From an uncultured Pseudomonadota bacterium (GTDB lineage: Bacteria > Oederibacteriota > Muellerivitia > Muellerivitales > Muellerivitaceae), in contig CAWJKT010000004.1 in assembly GCA_963843375.1 (NCBI GenBank), positions 288,001-352,000 of the forward strand: 64,000 nucleotides of DNA, read 5' to 3'. Positions 40,582 through 51,256 of this stretch are shown one piece after another. Numbering within the stretch: the stretch's first letter is position 1; each line of letters opens with the position of its first letter. Position numbers and translations under genes: made by a program. The notes under the pieces were generated by a model, which did not search any database, was not told the origin of the DNA, and saw only the letters and a list, made by a program, of their open reading frames with translations.

Positions 40582-41589
40582 ATGCAACAAATAGAAGCTC
40601 AAAACCTAAACCCAACCCAAACATTACTCCCCAACCCTACTAACAAACCAACTGAACTAGCACCCGATCCCTACACCAAGGTTTCGGAAACCCAAAGGCG
40701 CCTTCTGAGGACCTTTACGGTTGATGAGAAGATCGATTGGAAAGGCAGTATCCCCTTTTTCGGGGTGCATGTGGTGGGCGTCTTGGCATTCCTTACCGGA
40801 ATCAGCTGGGCGGCTATCGCTATGTGTCTTTTCATGTATTACGCCCGCATGTTCGCTATCACGGGCATCTATCACCGTTATTTCTCCCATCGTTCCTATA
40901 AGACCAGCCGGTTCTTCCAGTTCGTAATGGCCTTTTGGGGAACCTCCTGTGGCCAGCAGGGGCCGCTGTGGTGGGCTGCTCATCACCGTCACCACCATAA
41001 GTATTCGGATACGCCCGAGGACATTCATTCGCCCAAGTTGAGAGGCCTCTGGTGGGCCCATTGGGGTTGGATCATTTGCAAGCGTTATGCGGATACCAAC
41101 GAGGATGCCGTCAAGGACCTGACCAAATACCCTGAGCTCAAGTTTCTCAATAAGTATCATGGACTAGCTCCTTTCATCCTGGCAACGCTCATCTTCTTCT
41201 TCGGTTCCTTCTTGCAACAGGTGGCCCCGCAACTCCATACCAACGGCATGCAGATGATGTGCTGGGGCTTCTTCACCTCTACTACCTTGCTTTACCACGG
41301 CACTTTTACCATCAACTCCTTATCCCATGTCATCGGCAAAAAGCGGTTTGATACGGGGGACGAAAGCAAGAACAGCTTCCTTCTTTCGATGATCACCATG
41401 GGGGAGGGGTGGCACAACAATCATCATAAGTTCCCTTACGCAGAGCCCCAGGGCATTTACTGGTGGGAGATCGACATGTCCCATTATGTCCTGAAGGTTT
41501 TTTCCTGGGTCGGCTTGGTTTGGGATATCCAAGTCCATCCGAAGGAGCTTTTCGCTAAGGATTCGGCCACTAAGAGAACCGCAGCTTAA
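40582..41589 (+). CDS. Acyl-CoA/acyl-lipid delta-9 fatty acid desaturase
   Basis: His boxes YHRYFSH, HHRHHH..SD...D.HSP, GEGWHNNHH. Confidence 0.92.
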   Translation: MQQIEAQNLNPTQTLLPNPTNKPTELAPDPYTKVSETQRRLLRTFTVDEKIDWKGSIPFFGVHVVGVLAFLTGISWAAIAMCLFMYYARMFAITGIYHRYFSHRSYKTSRFFQFVMAFWGTSCGQQGPLWWAAHHRHHHKYSDTPEDIHSPKLRGLWWAHWGWIICKRYADTNEDAVKDLTKYPELKFLNKYHGLAPFILATLIFFFGSFLQQVAPQLHTNGMQMMCWGFFTSTTLLYHGTFTINSLSHVIGKKRFDTGDESKNSFLLSMITMGEGWHNNHHKFPYAEPQGIYWWEIDMSHYVLKVFSWVGLVWDIQVHPKELFAKDSATKRTAA

Positions 41590-41617
41590 TTTCCAAATTA
41601 ACTTAATCGTATTAAAT

Positions 41618-41654
41618 AAAAAAGGGATGAACCTAAAAGGTTAATCCCTTTTTT
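41618..41654. terminator. Bidirectional intrinsic terminator between desaturase and cstA
   Basis: A6-GGGATGAACC-TAAAA-GGTTAATCCC-T6 between convergent genes. Confidence 0.85.
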
Positions 41655-41765
41655 AATAAAGAATTCTCCCGTCTTAACCGAAGGGGTTTATTTCCTTATC
41701 CAGGGATTGTTGGTTTTTCCGATTCCCTTTTTATGGATTTTCTTGTTTAGATTCGAGCCTATATT

Positions 41766-43618
41766 TTAGCAACAGCCATATTCCGGCATTTCGTGGCCCT
41801 TGTGGGAGGCGTCCCGGACTGCCTTAGGATGTTTCTTCAAATAAAGAATCTGGTACCAGCGGTGGAAGGACTCCCAAAGGATGACCAGGGCGCAGGCTAT
41901 GATCACTACTGTCAATCCCACCTTCAAATAAGCCGATCCGGCCTGTTCGGGATGGGCTTTGGCCAGAGGAAGAAAGTTATCCCAAATATTTAACCAGGCA
42001 GCCGTTAAGGTGGTGGCGGCCACGAAGAGCAAGGGAAGAAGGGTAACCCAGGCATAGCGGGCCCGGCCCGAATTGATAATGGCGCTGGTGGCCGCCGCTA
42101 GCGCAACGCTGGCCAAAAGCTGGTTGGCGGTCCCGAACATGGGCCAAATGGTACTGACGTTTCCGGTGAGGATTAAAAAAGCCCAAAAGAAAACTACCAG
42201 GCCGGTGCAAAGGATGGTGCCGGGCAACCAATTGGGGTTCTCCATGGGTTTCCAAACTTGCCCGAATAATTCCTGAAGCAGGAAGCGCCCAATGCGGGTG
42301 CCCGCGTCGATGGTCGTCAAGATGAACAAGGCCTCGAACATGATCATGAAGTGATAAAAATAATTCATGAGGTTTTCCAAGCCCGGCAAGCCGGAGAAAA
42401 TCTGGGCGAAGCCCACTGCCAGTGAAACGGCCCCGCCGGGCCTTCCCACCACGTTCTCCCCCACCGCTTGGCAAAGAGCCTGCAAACGCACGGGGGTCAT
42501 CCCCAACGCTGCGAATTTCTCAGGCGATAGGTTGATGGCGAAATAATCGGCCGGGAAATAGGGAGCAAGTGGCCAAGAGCGCGACCACGCCCACCAAGCC
42601 CTCCGTCAAGCATGGCCCCGTAACCGATTACCCGGGCGTCCGACTCCTTGTCCAGCATCTTGGAGGTCGTGCCGGAGGAAACCAAGGCGTGGAACCCGGA
42701 AATGGCCCCGCAGGCGATGGTGATGAAAACGAAGGGGAAGAGCTTGCCGGGAATAATGGGCCCTCCTCCATCAATATATTGGGTGAAAGCGGGCATTTGG
42801 AGGTCGGGGTGGACCAGGATGATCCCGATGACCAGCGCCCCGATGGTTCCGACTTTCATATAAGAGCTCAAATAACCCATGGGCGTCATGAGCATCCAAA
42901 CCGGCAGGACGGAGGCGATGAAACCATAAAGGGCCAGGGCGGTGATGACTCCGTTGGCAGTCAGGGTGAAGAAAGGGGCCATCCCCGAATGGGCTATGGT
43001 GTTTCCGAAAACTACCGCTGAGGCCACCACCAGCACGCCGAAAATACTGACTTCCTTGATTTTTCCCACCCGGAATTTGAACAGCCAAAATCCGACTACC
43101 AGGGCGGTGGCAATGGTGGTTCCGATGGAAAAGACTCCCCAGGGGCTTCCCTTCAAGGCGTTCACCACGGCCAATCCCAATCCCGCCAGGGCGACGATCA
43201 CGATGATGAAGATGGCGAGGGCGGCCATCACCGAGGCCAGGGGGCTGATCTCATGGCGCAAGATTTCCACCAGCGATTTGCCCTTTCGCCGCACGGAGGC
43301 AACCAGGATCATGAAATCATGCACTGCCCCGGCCAGGCAGACGCCCGCCAAGAGCCAGATAAAACCGGGAGCATAGCCGAATTGGGCGGCCAGGACCGGG
43401 CCGATCAAGGGGCCCGAGCCCGCGATATTGGCGAAATGCTGGCCGAAGAGGACGAACTTCGGCATGGGTTTGTAGTTATGGCCGTCGTTCAAAAGGTGGG
43501 CGGGGGTTTTCCGGCGGTCGTCCAATACCACGACTTTCGCCGCCAGGAAGGCGCTGTAATAGCGGTAGGCGATGGCCATCACCAAAAGGGCGGTCAGGAT
43601 CAGGGGAAGGACGTTCAT
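41766..43618 (-). CDS. cstA: Carbon starvation protein CstA (peptide/pyruvate transporter); two frameshifts at ~42550-42610
   Basis: [61 protein letters not shown]. Confidence 0.9.
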
Positions 43619-43692
43619 TTAATTTCTCCTCGGGTTTGGAAGGTTCAAGATAATCCAACCGACTTTGGATTTCAAATGTAGTGAACCGGGTT

Positions 43693-44355
43693 TTAACCCT
43701 TCCATAGGCTCGTCAAGCCTTCCGAGGCGATCTGGATCCCCACGCAAAAAACCAGGAAAGCGCTAAGGCGGTTCAGCACTTGCGAGCCACGGGGGCCCAA
43801 ACGCCGGATGAGGGCGGGAGTGTAGGAATAGCAAAAATAAATCAATAAACACATAAGAATAACGGAGGCGATGAGAGCCGAAAGGTTGGTCAGGTAAACC
43901 GGGATTTCATTATTGTGCCCATGGGCGCTTAAGGTCAGAAGAACCGAAATGGTGCCAGCCCCGGTCGTCATGGGAAACGCCACAGGGTAGAAAAGTATAT
44001 CCTCGACTTTTTTCGGAATGTCCAAGGGTTTGGCCGTTTCCTGAGCCCCCTTTCCGCTGTCATCGGAAGAAAGGAGGCTCCAACCCATTTTGCAGATCAA
44101 AATCCCCCCGGCTATTTGAACCACCGGCAGGGAGATCCCAAAGAACTTGAAAATCCAGCTTCCAATGAAGATTGTAGCCGTGCAAATGAGAAAGGCGTAT
44201 AAAGCGATTTTGAAGGAGGCGTTTTTTCTTTCAGCACCGTTGAGGCCTACCAAAAGAGGATCGATCATGAGGGCAGTGCCGGGAGGGTTGACCGGCGGAA
44301 AAAGGGAAACGAAACCGACAAAAACCAAATGTAAGAAGGGGAGAGCGGAGTGCAC
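43693..44355 (-). CDS. MarC family membrane protein
   Basis: LF..VNP.G, FFGISLP..QIAGGI, P.AFP.T.G.GTI, RL.AFL..C.GIQ. Confidence 0.9.
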   Translation of the reverse strand: MHSALPFLHLVFVGFVSLFPPVNPPGTALMIDPLLVGLNGAERKNASFKIALYAFLICTATIFIGSWIFKFFGISLPVVQIAGGILICKMGWSLLSSDDSGKGAQETAKPLDIPKKVEDILFYPVAFPMTTGAGTISVLLTLSAHGHNNEIPVYLTNLSALIASVILMCLLIYFCYSYTPALIRRLGPRGSQVLNRLSAFLVFCVGIQIASEGLTSLWKG

Positions 44356-44564
44356 GGCCTAGATATTAAATAGGGTGGCTGAAAAAATCAAATTCTTCGT
44401 TTCCGGCATTCAAGGCCCTGTTTAAGGCGCTTTTTTAGGGGAGTTCGAATGATTTTTGGGGATAATGCGCTTCACTGATTAATTTTCGGATGCCTTGCTT
44501 CATTTTCCGAGATTCCATTAATCTACGGGAGCAGTTCCTTGACTCATCCATCCTTACGCGGAGT

Positions 44565-44801
44565 ATGAAAGCTTTGAAAAAACTAAGAAAAAATTCAACG
44601 CCGGAAAAATGGAAAAGGTCGCTGATAAAATCAATTAGCTATCGAATTCTCATCATGGGCCTAGATTTTACCGCTATAAAACTTTTCACCGGGCGAAGCG
44701 ACGTCGCTGTGGGGTTTGTCATCGTCAGCAACGTCTATACGACGATCGCTTATTTCCTCCACGAAAGAATGTGGAACCGAATTAAATGGGGAATCGCCTG
44801 A
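44565..44801 (+). CDS. DUF2061-like small membrane protein
   Basis: RSL.K.ISYR....D and Y..HER.WN.I.WG. Confidence 0.75.
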   Translation: MKALKKLRKNSTPEKWKRSLIKSISYRILIMGLDFTAIKLFTGRSDVAVGFVIVSNVYTTIAYFLHERMWNRIKWGIA

Positions 44802-45001
44802 GGAGTGCAGAAGTGTGCCGTGGAAACAACTTTCTTTTAAGCCCCTTGTCTAACCTTTTAGACCGGGTGTAGTCTAATCGCCGCCGAGGAGCAAGCTATC
44901 AAAAGGGACATTTTCTCCGTCATTTCATCACAGGCTTTATATCCCTCTTCCTACGCCGCGAGGCGTTAGGTTAGATCTTAGGTCAAAGGAGGCATCACCC
45001 C

Positions 45002-45373
45002 TTGGAAAAAAGCATCGCCGAATTGCGGGTCATCGCGGAGGATTGGATCCAGGCTTGGAACGCGAAGGATCTGGACCGGATCATGAGCTACTATAGTGAT
45101 GAAGTGGAGTTTGAGGCCAACACAGTGCTTTCCCGTTGGAACATGCCTCAGGGGAAGCTCAAGGGACGGCCCGAGTTGCGTGAACATTTCCGGTTAGGCC
45201 TTTTGTATGAACCCGATCTGTTTTTCACTCTGGAACAAGTGTTCACCGCTCCCAGCGGTTACGCCATCCTTTACCAAAGGGACAACGGAAACCAAGTCCT
45301 GCATGTGGTGGAACTCAACGAAAAGGATAAGGCGAAAAAAGTCAGGGTTTTTTATTCAGGCGAACAGAAATAA
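45002..45373 (+). CDS. SnoaL/NTF2-like protein
   Basis: WI.AWN.KDLDRI.S.YS..VEF, G.L.G..LR..F..GL; RBS AGGAGG. Confidence 0.85.
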   Translation: MEKSIAELRVIAEDWIQAWNAKDLDRIMSYYSDEVEFEANTVLSRWNMPQGKLKGRPELREHFRLGLLYEPDLFFTLEQVFTAPSGYAILYQRDNGNQVLHVVELNEKDKAKKVRVFYSGEQK

Positions 45374-45386
45374 TTACTCTGCCCCG

Positions 45387-46151
45387 TTATTTTTCTCCGA
45401 AAAGAGAGATGGGTTTGGGGATATTCTCGTATTTCAAACCGAATTGCTTGAAAGTGTGCTTTCGCACGTAAGCTGCGGCTTCATTGGGGGAGTCGCAAAG
45501 AAAGATGTTTTTGAGGTCCGAGGGATCGATGGCGCCCTGCCGCAGCATGGACTCCCGGAACATCCTCATCAAGGGTGCCCAGTAACGTTTTCCCATAAGA
45601 ATCAAAGGGAAGTGCTTCACTTTTCCGGTTTGGATCAGGGTGGCCATCTCGAAAAACTCGTCCGCGGTTCCGAACCCCCCTGGCATGACAAGGAAAGCGT
45701 AGGAATACTTGGCCAGCATCAATTTGCGGATGAAGAAATAGCGGAACTCAACCCATTTATCCACGAAAGGGTTTGGGGCCTGTTCTTTGGGAAGTTTGAT
45801 GTTGCATCCGATGGATTTACCCCCCGCCTCTTTCGCTCCCCGGTTGGCCGCTTCCATCAGGCCCGGCCCACCGCCCGTCATGACCGTAAAACCCAGCTGG
45901 GCCATTTGGGACCCGACTTTCTGCGCCAAGGAATAGTAAAGATGCTTCTCCCCGAAGCGGGCGGAGCCAAAAACCGTCACGCAGGGACCGATGAAATGAA
46001 GCGCCCGCAATCCCCTTATATAGTCGGCGGTAATCCGGAAAAGCTGGGCCAGTTCCTCAAAACGGGAATGGGGGCCTTCTAGGACTCTGCCCTCATGGAA
46101 ATCCGGACTTGTTTTTCCCCAAAGGGTGCGGGTGGTATGGCTGTTTCGCAA
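45387..46151 (-). CDS. LOG-family (TIGR00730-like) nucleotide phosphoribohydrolase
   Basis: VTVFGSAR, TGGGPGLMEAANRGA, FF.RK.M, PGGFGT.DE. Confidence 0.92.
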   Translation of the reverse strand: MRNSHTTRTLWGKTSPDFHEGRVLEGPHSRFEELAQLFRITADYIRGLRALHFIGPCVTVFGSARFGEKHLYYSLAQKVGSQMAQLGFTVMTGGGPGLMEAANRGAKEAGGKSIGCNIKLPKEQAPNPFVDKWVEFRYFFIRKLMLAKYSYAFLVMPGGFGTADEFFEMATLIQTGKVKHFPLILMGKRYWAPLMRMFRESMLRQGAIDPSDLKNIFLCDSPNEAAAYVRKHTFKQFGLKYENIPKPISLFGEK

Positions 46152-46659
46152 AGGAACTCCTTACAAAGAGTTTGAAAGAAAGGTCGTTTCTGTGGGCGAT
46201 CCAGGTCTTCTGAAACCGGGCTTCGCGCCTGGGACATTTTGCTTTATTTATTTCAGAAAAAACAGAATGAAACCCTTTTGTTACAGGTGGAAAAGGTTCA
46301 GCAGGGCGTCCTCGTCCAAAGAAACTTTGGCTTGGATTTCATCCTTATCAGCGAAACCTTATAGGACCCAGAAAGATTACACCCAGGGTTGGGTTCGGCT
46401 GATAGGAACCTGCGCTTTTTGGTGCAGAATTTTTTGGATCACGACTTAAAAATCCAAATGGCCACAAGGATCAACAGATCCCAAGTTTTAAAGTCGAAAT
46501 TTAACCGGTTCAGCTTGAATATCTCCCTATTACCTTTTTAAAGGTTTTGTCGTTAGAAAGGAGAGTGGCGGGCAAAATTAGCCTTGAAAGACCTTAAAGA
46601 AGCGCTTTCATTAGAGTGATATAATTTAAAATCCATATGAATTCTTCAACGGTATCCGC

Positions 46660-48126
46660 ATGAAAATTAGGTTATTCCCTTTTTATGGTTATTTAAAGTT
46701 ATTGGTTCTGTTCTCTCTTTTGGACGGCCGAATGGCCTGGGGTCAAATCGTCGAAGTCGACTTGGGTACTCAGCCGCCTTCGGTCCTAGTGGCCACGCTC
46801 ATGGGCTCAGGCGTTTCCGCAAGTAACATCACTTACCAGGGAATTGGTGGATCGGCGGGCATCTTCGCGGGAGGGGGAACGGTCTTTGGCATTAATTCGG
46901 GGATTATTTTGAGTACCGGATTGGCCGCAGGCATTGAGGGAACCGCCGATGACACAAGCAGTACCTGTAACGACCTTCCCGGCGATCCCGATTTGGCCCT
47001 GTTGGAGGGACTCCCCGTCACCGACCTTTATGACGCCACTGTCCTTTCCTTTGATTTTATTCCTACCTACAACACCGTTTCCTTCCAATACGTTTTCACC
47101 TCGGAAGAATACAACGCTTGGGTGGGGTCGAAATACAACGATGTCTTCGGGTTTTTCGTCAACGGCACCAATGTGGCCCTCATTCCCGGGACCACGACAA
47201 ATGTTTCCATCAACAACGTCAACGATTGCGTCAACCCCGCTTATTTCATCGACAATATCGGGTCCCCCGAAGGGGGCGGTTGCACCGTCGTCCGGGATCC
47301 GGCGGGACTGGATACCGCCATGAACGGTTTCACCACCGTCCTGACCGCCACCGCGCCCGTGACGGCAGGGGTGACCAACCATATTAAATTAGCCATCTCG
47401 GACGTGGGGGACTGCCTGATGGATTCCAACGTCCTCATCGCGGCCGACAGCTTTATGAGCGTGCTGACCTCCACTCCGACGAATAGCCCCACGAGCACTG
47501 GAACTCCCTGCGGTTATCCGGGCAATACCTGTACTCCCACCGGGACGGCGACTTCCACCCCTCCCCCTCCCCCTTCGACGCCTTGCGGTTTGCCGGGAAA
47601 CACCTGTACCTTCACCCCTTCGGCGACCCCCACTGGCACTTTTACTTCGACGCTCCCCCCCACCAACACCCTGACCCCTAACGTCAGGCCATCCTCAACT
47701 CCCACCTCGACTCCCACCTTTACCCCGACCGATACCACCACCAACACCTTCACCGCCACTTCCACCTCCACACCCTGCGGCTGGCCGGGGAACACCTGTA
47801 CCTTCACCGCTTCACCCACGCCCACTTCCACGCTTTCCACCACTGATGTTTTTTATGTTTCCAAAAACGCCTTCAGCCCATCTTCCCCGGTTTCACTGTT
47901 TGTAGAATACAACGCGGTTCCGGGGAATTACGAATTGCTGATTTACAATTCGGCGGGGGAATATATCAAGACGCTCGATTCCCGTCAGTTAAGCGCGCCC
48001 ATCAGCCAGTCCTACCAATGGGACGGCACCAACCGTTATGGGGTTGCTTGCGCCAGCGGAGTTTACCTTTTTTACCTGGCCGAACCCTTTAGCACGAAGG
48101 TCAAAAAAATCGTCCTCATCAGGTGA
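46660..48126 (+). CDS. Secreted choice-of-anchor-L-like domain protein with Thr/Pro stalk and FlgD-Ig/CTD-like C-terminus
   Basis: GIILSTG, F.YVF.SEEY, NDVFGFFVNG.NVALIP, VSINNVN, GFT.VLTA, HIKLAI.DVGD..DS; C-terminal KNAFSP..IYNSAGE..WDG.N..ASGVY..KIVLIR. Confidence 0.82.
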   Translation: MKIRLFPFYGYLKLLVLFSLLDGRMAWGQIVEVDLGTQPPSVLVATLMGSGVSASNITYQGIGGSAGIFAGGGTVFGINSGIILSTGLAAGIEGTADDTSSTCNDLPGDPDLALLEGLPVTDLYDATVLSFDFIPTYNTVSFQYVFTSEEYNAWVGSKYNDVFGFFVNGTNVALIPGTTTNVSINNVNDCVNPAYFIDNIGSPEGGGCTVVRDPAGLDTAMNGFTTVLTATAPVTAGVTNHIKLAISDVGDCLMDSNVLIAADSFMSVLTSTPTNSPTSTGTPCGYPGNTCTPTGTATSTPPPPPSTPCGLPGNTCTFTPSATPTGTFTSTLPPTNTLTPNVRPSSTPTSTPTFTPTDTTTNTFTATSTSTPCGWPGNTCTFTASPTPTSTLSTTDVFYVSKNAFSPSSPVSLFVEYNAVPGNYELLIYNSAGEYIKTLDSRQLSAPISQSYQWDGTNRYGVACASGVYLFYLAEPFSTKVKKIVLIR

Positions 48127-48183
48127 GTTCCGCTTTTATTTAAAAATAACCGAGTGTTTCCTTGGATGCGGCCGTCATGGATG

Positions 48184-48816
48184 TCAACCTTTTGACCCGC
48201 CGATCAGGTTGATATTTTTATCCGCTTCCAGGCCTTCCCTATCCGTCCCCAAGGTTTCCGCCAAGCTTGTGCGGATTCGGTTTAATTCTTCGAGGTTTTC
48301 CTGAAGGATCCGGCAGAGCGAATCGCTGGTCTTCAAAGCTAAGGATGACCCCGAGCCTCCCTCTTTCACCGCGGTTTTTTTATCCATCTCGTGGAAATAT
48401 TTTTGCGAGGCTTCCGGGCCCAAGCCGATGGCGAGACCTTGGATCACCTGGTGCTGCCAGTCGTTTATTTTCGAGAAAAAATCCTTTTCTTCCGAGTAGT
48501 TGAAAAGGTTGTTTCCCTGCTTGATGAGGGAATCCAAATAGGCCTTGAAGAAAGCCATGGAGGTTTGGTCAAAGACTTCCTTGCGCTTCACCGCGTATTC
48601 AATGGAAGAGAACCAAAATAAAACCAGCCAGCCGATCACCCAACCATACCAAGGCATCCACAAGGCGATGGTTAAGAGCTGGGGATTAATTTTGAAGGAG
48701 GGAACTTGACCCAAAAAGAGCCGGGCGGCTTGAAGCAGTCCAAAAATGGCGAGAAAAAGCGGGTTGCCGAGCGTGAGTTTGAAGACTTTAAAGCGTTCTT
48801 TGAAGGTTTTGATCAT
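48184..48816 (-). CDS. Hypothetical membrane protein (2 TM + helical domain)
   Basis: 210-aa ORF with N-terminal hydrophobic segments. Confidence 0.55.
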   Translation of the reverse strand: MIKTFKERFKVFKLTLGNPLFLAIFGLLQAARLFLGQVPSFKINPQLLTIALWMPWYGWVIGWLVLFWFSSIEYAVKRKEVFDQTSMAFFKAYLDSLIKQGNNLFNYSEEKDFFSKINDWQHQVIQGLAIGLGPEASQKYFHEMDKKTAVKEGGSGSSLALKTSDSLCRILQENLEELNRIRTSLAETLGTDREGLEADKNINLIGGSKG

Positions 48817-49062
48817 TCCGAAATTCTATATGAACCACCTTGGAATTGGGAGTTCCGGTCAAATTAATTTGTCGTCACAAGGAATTGAAACAAGACAAAA
48901 AGAAGTTAGGCCATTTCGCAAGCCCCTCTTCCCTCCAGAAGGCACGGTGGACTTTGGAGTTGAGGATCTTCATGATTGGACCTTCTTGAGCGCGGTTAAT
49001 GGGAACTGGAAAAACCGATCGTTAGATAAAAGGGTGCGGGGTTCAACAAGCGTTACAAACCT

Positions 49063-51033
49063 TTAAAGCACCCTCACCGGAACCACCATCATGTTAAGCC
49101 CCTTAAAAACCAGTCGCCGCTGGATTTCCAGGGCGATATGGTTGTGCAGGAATGGCGTCCAAAGGGATTCCTTCGCGAAGATGAGTTTCCCGATGAAAAA
49201 GGTGGGGTTCTTAAAGTCCGCGGATATCTTCTCGCAAAGGCCTTCCATTCCCTCAAGCACGTCCGTAGCTATGGCGTAACGGTATTCTCCCCGGCATCCC
49301 ATGCGGTTCACCAGGTCCACGTATTGTTTCAGGTTGTTCTCGGTGTCCTCTTTCAGGTTCTCCAATTCCTGGATGCCCTTGAACTTGCCCGAATCCACCC
49401 GGGCGATGGAAAGAAAAAGAAAATCCTTGAAGCGGTTCTCAAAGATTTTCTCGGTGGAGAAAACAGCGTGGATGCCCAGACCCCCGAAGCGGTCAACTAA
49501 AACCACCGCGGTGTGTTTGGCCTTATCGCATCCTCCCTTTTTCATCCTTTTTGAGGGCGGCGGCAGGGGTAGGTCGGTCAAGTTGTCGTCCAGGCGCTTC
49601 AAGGCCCTCGCTACGCCCTTGTAATGGCCCTTCACCAGGAAACAAAGGACGATCAGGACTCCGGTGATTAGCAGGGTTATGAAGCCCCCCTCCAGAAACT
49701 TCGTCATAAGGGTTGCGGTCAGCACGATGGCGGTCAGACAAAAGCCCAACCCGTTGATGAAAAATTTCAGATACCAGTCTTTTTTCTCCTTTCGCACCTT
49801 CCACCAATGGGTGCACATGGAAAGCTGGGAAAGGTTGAAGGTGATGAAGACGTTAATGGCGAAAAGAACGATCAAAAAGTCCACGCTGCCCCGGGAGAGC
49901 AGCAGTAGCGCTACCGAAATGCCGCCGATGAACAGGATCCCGTTCTTGCGCACCAATTGGTGGGAAAGGTTGGCGAAACGCTGGGGCAGCCAGGAATCCA
50001 CCGCCAGATTGGCCATCACGATTGGGCCATCGATGAAGCCGGTCTGTGCAGCGATGAAGAGCAACAGCCCTTCGGAAAGGATGGTCACGGTCGATATCCA
50101 CGAGCCCCACTGGCCTCCAAAGAGAGACCCGAAAATGACGTTAGCCAGGGAAGTGTTAAGGGTCTTGTCCGGCTGGGCCTGAACGTCCCAAAGCACGTAT
50201 AGAAAAAGGATTCCCCCGGCCGCCAATGAAAGGGAGACGGCCATGTAAAGCATGGTGCGCTGGCCGGTTTTCACCCGGGGCTCCTGCAGGTTGGCCAGAC
50301 CGTTGGAGACCGCCTCTAGTCCCGTGTAGGTTCCCCCGCCCAGACTGTAGGCGGTGAAGAAGATGACCAGGAAGCCCCAGACCCCGGTTGGCCCGGAGAT
50401 GATCAGGTGGGTCTCGGTAAAGGCTCCCTGTATGACCGAGGGTATCTGGGTGAAATGGCCCCAGAGTCCCACACCGATCAAGAGGGCGTGAGTTGCCACG
50501 AAAAGCAGGAAGAGCGGCAGAAGAGGCTTGATGGATTCCTTGATACCCCGCAAGTTCAGCCAAATGAGGATGAGAGCCAGGATGATCTCAATGGCCAGCT
50601 TATGAGGAACTAGAGCAGTCGCGAAGGAACTGATGGCGTCCACCGCGGCGGCGATGGAAATGGAAATATCCAATATATAGTCCACCAGCAAGGCGCAACC
50701 GGAAAAGACCCCCGCCACCGGACTTAAAAGTTTGCTGGCCACTACGTAACCGCCGCCGCCGTTTGGGAAATACTCGATGATCTGGTTGTAGCTGGCGGAA
50801 ATGACGAAGACCGTCACGGCGGTGGCAAGGGCCAGGAAGATGGAAATGTGGTGGTAGGCCGCTCCCAGGGCCTTGTAGGCTTCTGGCGGGCCGTAAGCAG
50901 CGGAGGATAGCCCGTCCGCCCCCAGGCCCACCCAGGCGAGGAAGGCGATCAGGGTGATCTTGTGAAAAACGTCCTTATTCATGGGGTCCAAGGTCTTGCC
51001 CAAAATGATTTCTTCGACTTTTTTTTCTTTCAT
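49063..51033 (-). CDS. APC-family permease, KimA/YdaO-like (probable K+ transporter)
   Basis: GADGLSSAAYG, FP.GGGGY.V, NLRG.KES, TG.EAVSNG, AINVF.TF.LSQ; soluble C-terminal domain. Confidence 0.85.
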   Translation of the reverse strand: MKEKKVEEIILGKTLDPMNKDVFHKITLIAFLAWVGLGADGLSSAAYGPPEAYKALGAAYHHISIFLALATAVTVFVISASYNQIIEYFPNGGGGYVVASKLLSPVAGVFSGCALLVDYILDISISIAAAVDAISSFATALVPHKLAIEIILALILIWLNLRGIKESIKPLLPLFLLFVATHALLIGVGLWGHFTQIPSVIQGAFTETHLIISGPTGVWGFLVIFFTAYSLGGGTYTGLEAVSNGLANLQEPRVKTGQRTMLYMAVSLSLAAGGILFLYVLWDVQAQPDKTLNTSLANVIFGSLFGGQWGSWISTVTILSEGLLLFIAAQTGFIDGPIVMANLAVDSWLPQRFANLSHQLVRKNGILFIGGISVALLLLSRGSVDFLIVLFAINVFITFNLSQLSMCTHWWKVRKEKKDWYLKFFINGLGFCLTAIVLTATLMTKFLEGGFITLLITGVLIVLCFLVKGHYKGVARALKRLDDNLTDLPLPPPSKRMKKGGCDKAKHTAVVLVDRFGGLGIHAVFSTEKIFENRFKDFLFLSIARVDSGKFKGIQELENLKEDTENNLKQYVDLVNRMGCRGEYRYAIATDVLEGMEGLCEKISADFKNPTFFIGKLIFAKESLWTPFLHNHIALEIQRRLVFKGLNMMVVPVRVL

Positions 51034-51256
51034 GCCGACTTTCCTTTGATCAATCGTGCGGTGGGCCGTAATAAACCAGGGGCCGATATAGTGTTTATTT
51101 CCGTTTTCATGTTGTTAAAATTTTTGAAATAGGTACAAGGCGGCTCCTTTGGATCGGAAAGCGCTATTCTAAAGCCTGCTTTTCCAAACGCATACCGGCA
51201 AGATGTTACAAAGGCGAAAATTCGGGATCGGATCCCGTGGATCCCATAGATTTTTT

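Noticed and set aside
44880..44970. SAH riboswitch (CCGAGGAGC)
   Set aside because: The following conserved elements are absent and the downstream gene is unrelated to SAH metabolism.
45207..46449. + strand ORFs of 291 and 107 aa
   Set aside because: The first is antisense to the LOG gene; the second overlaps its start and has no motifs or RBS.
51034..51256. c-di-AMP (ydaO) riboswitch upstream of the KimA-like permease
   Set aside because: Expected from context, but no matching conserved segments were found.
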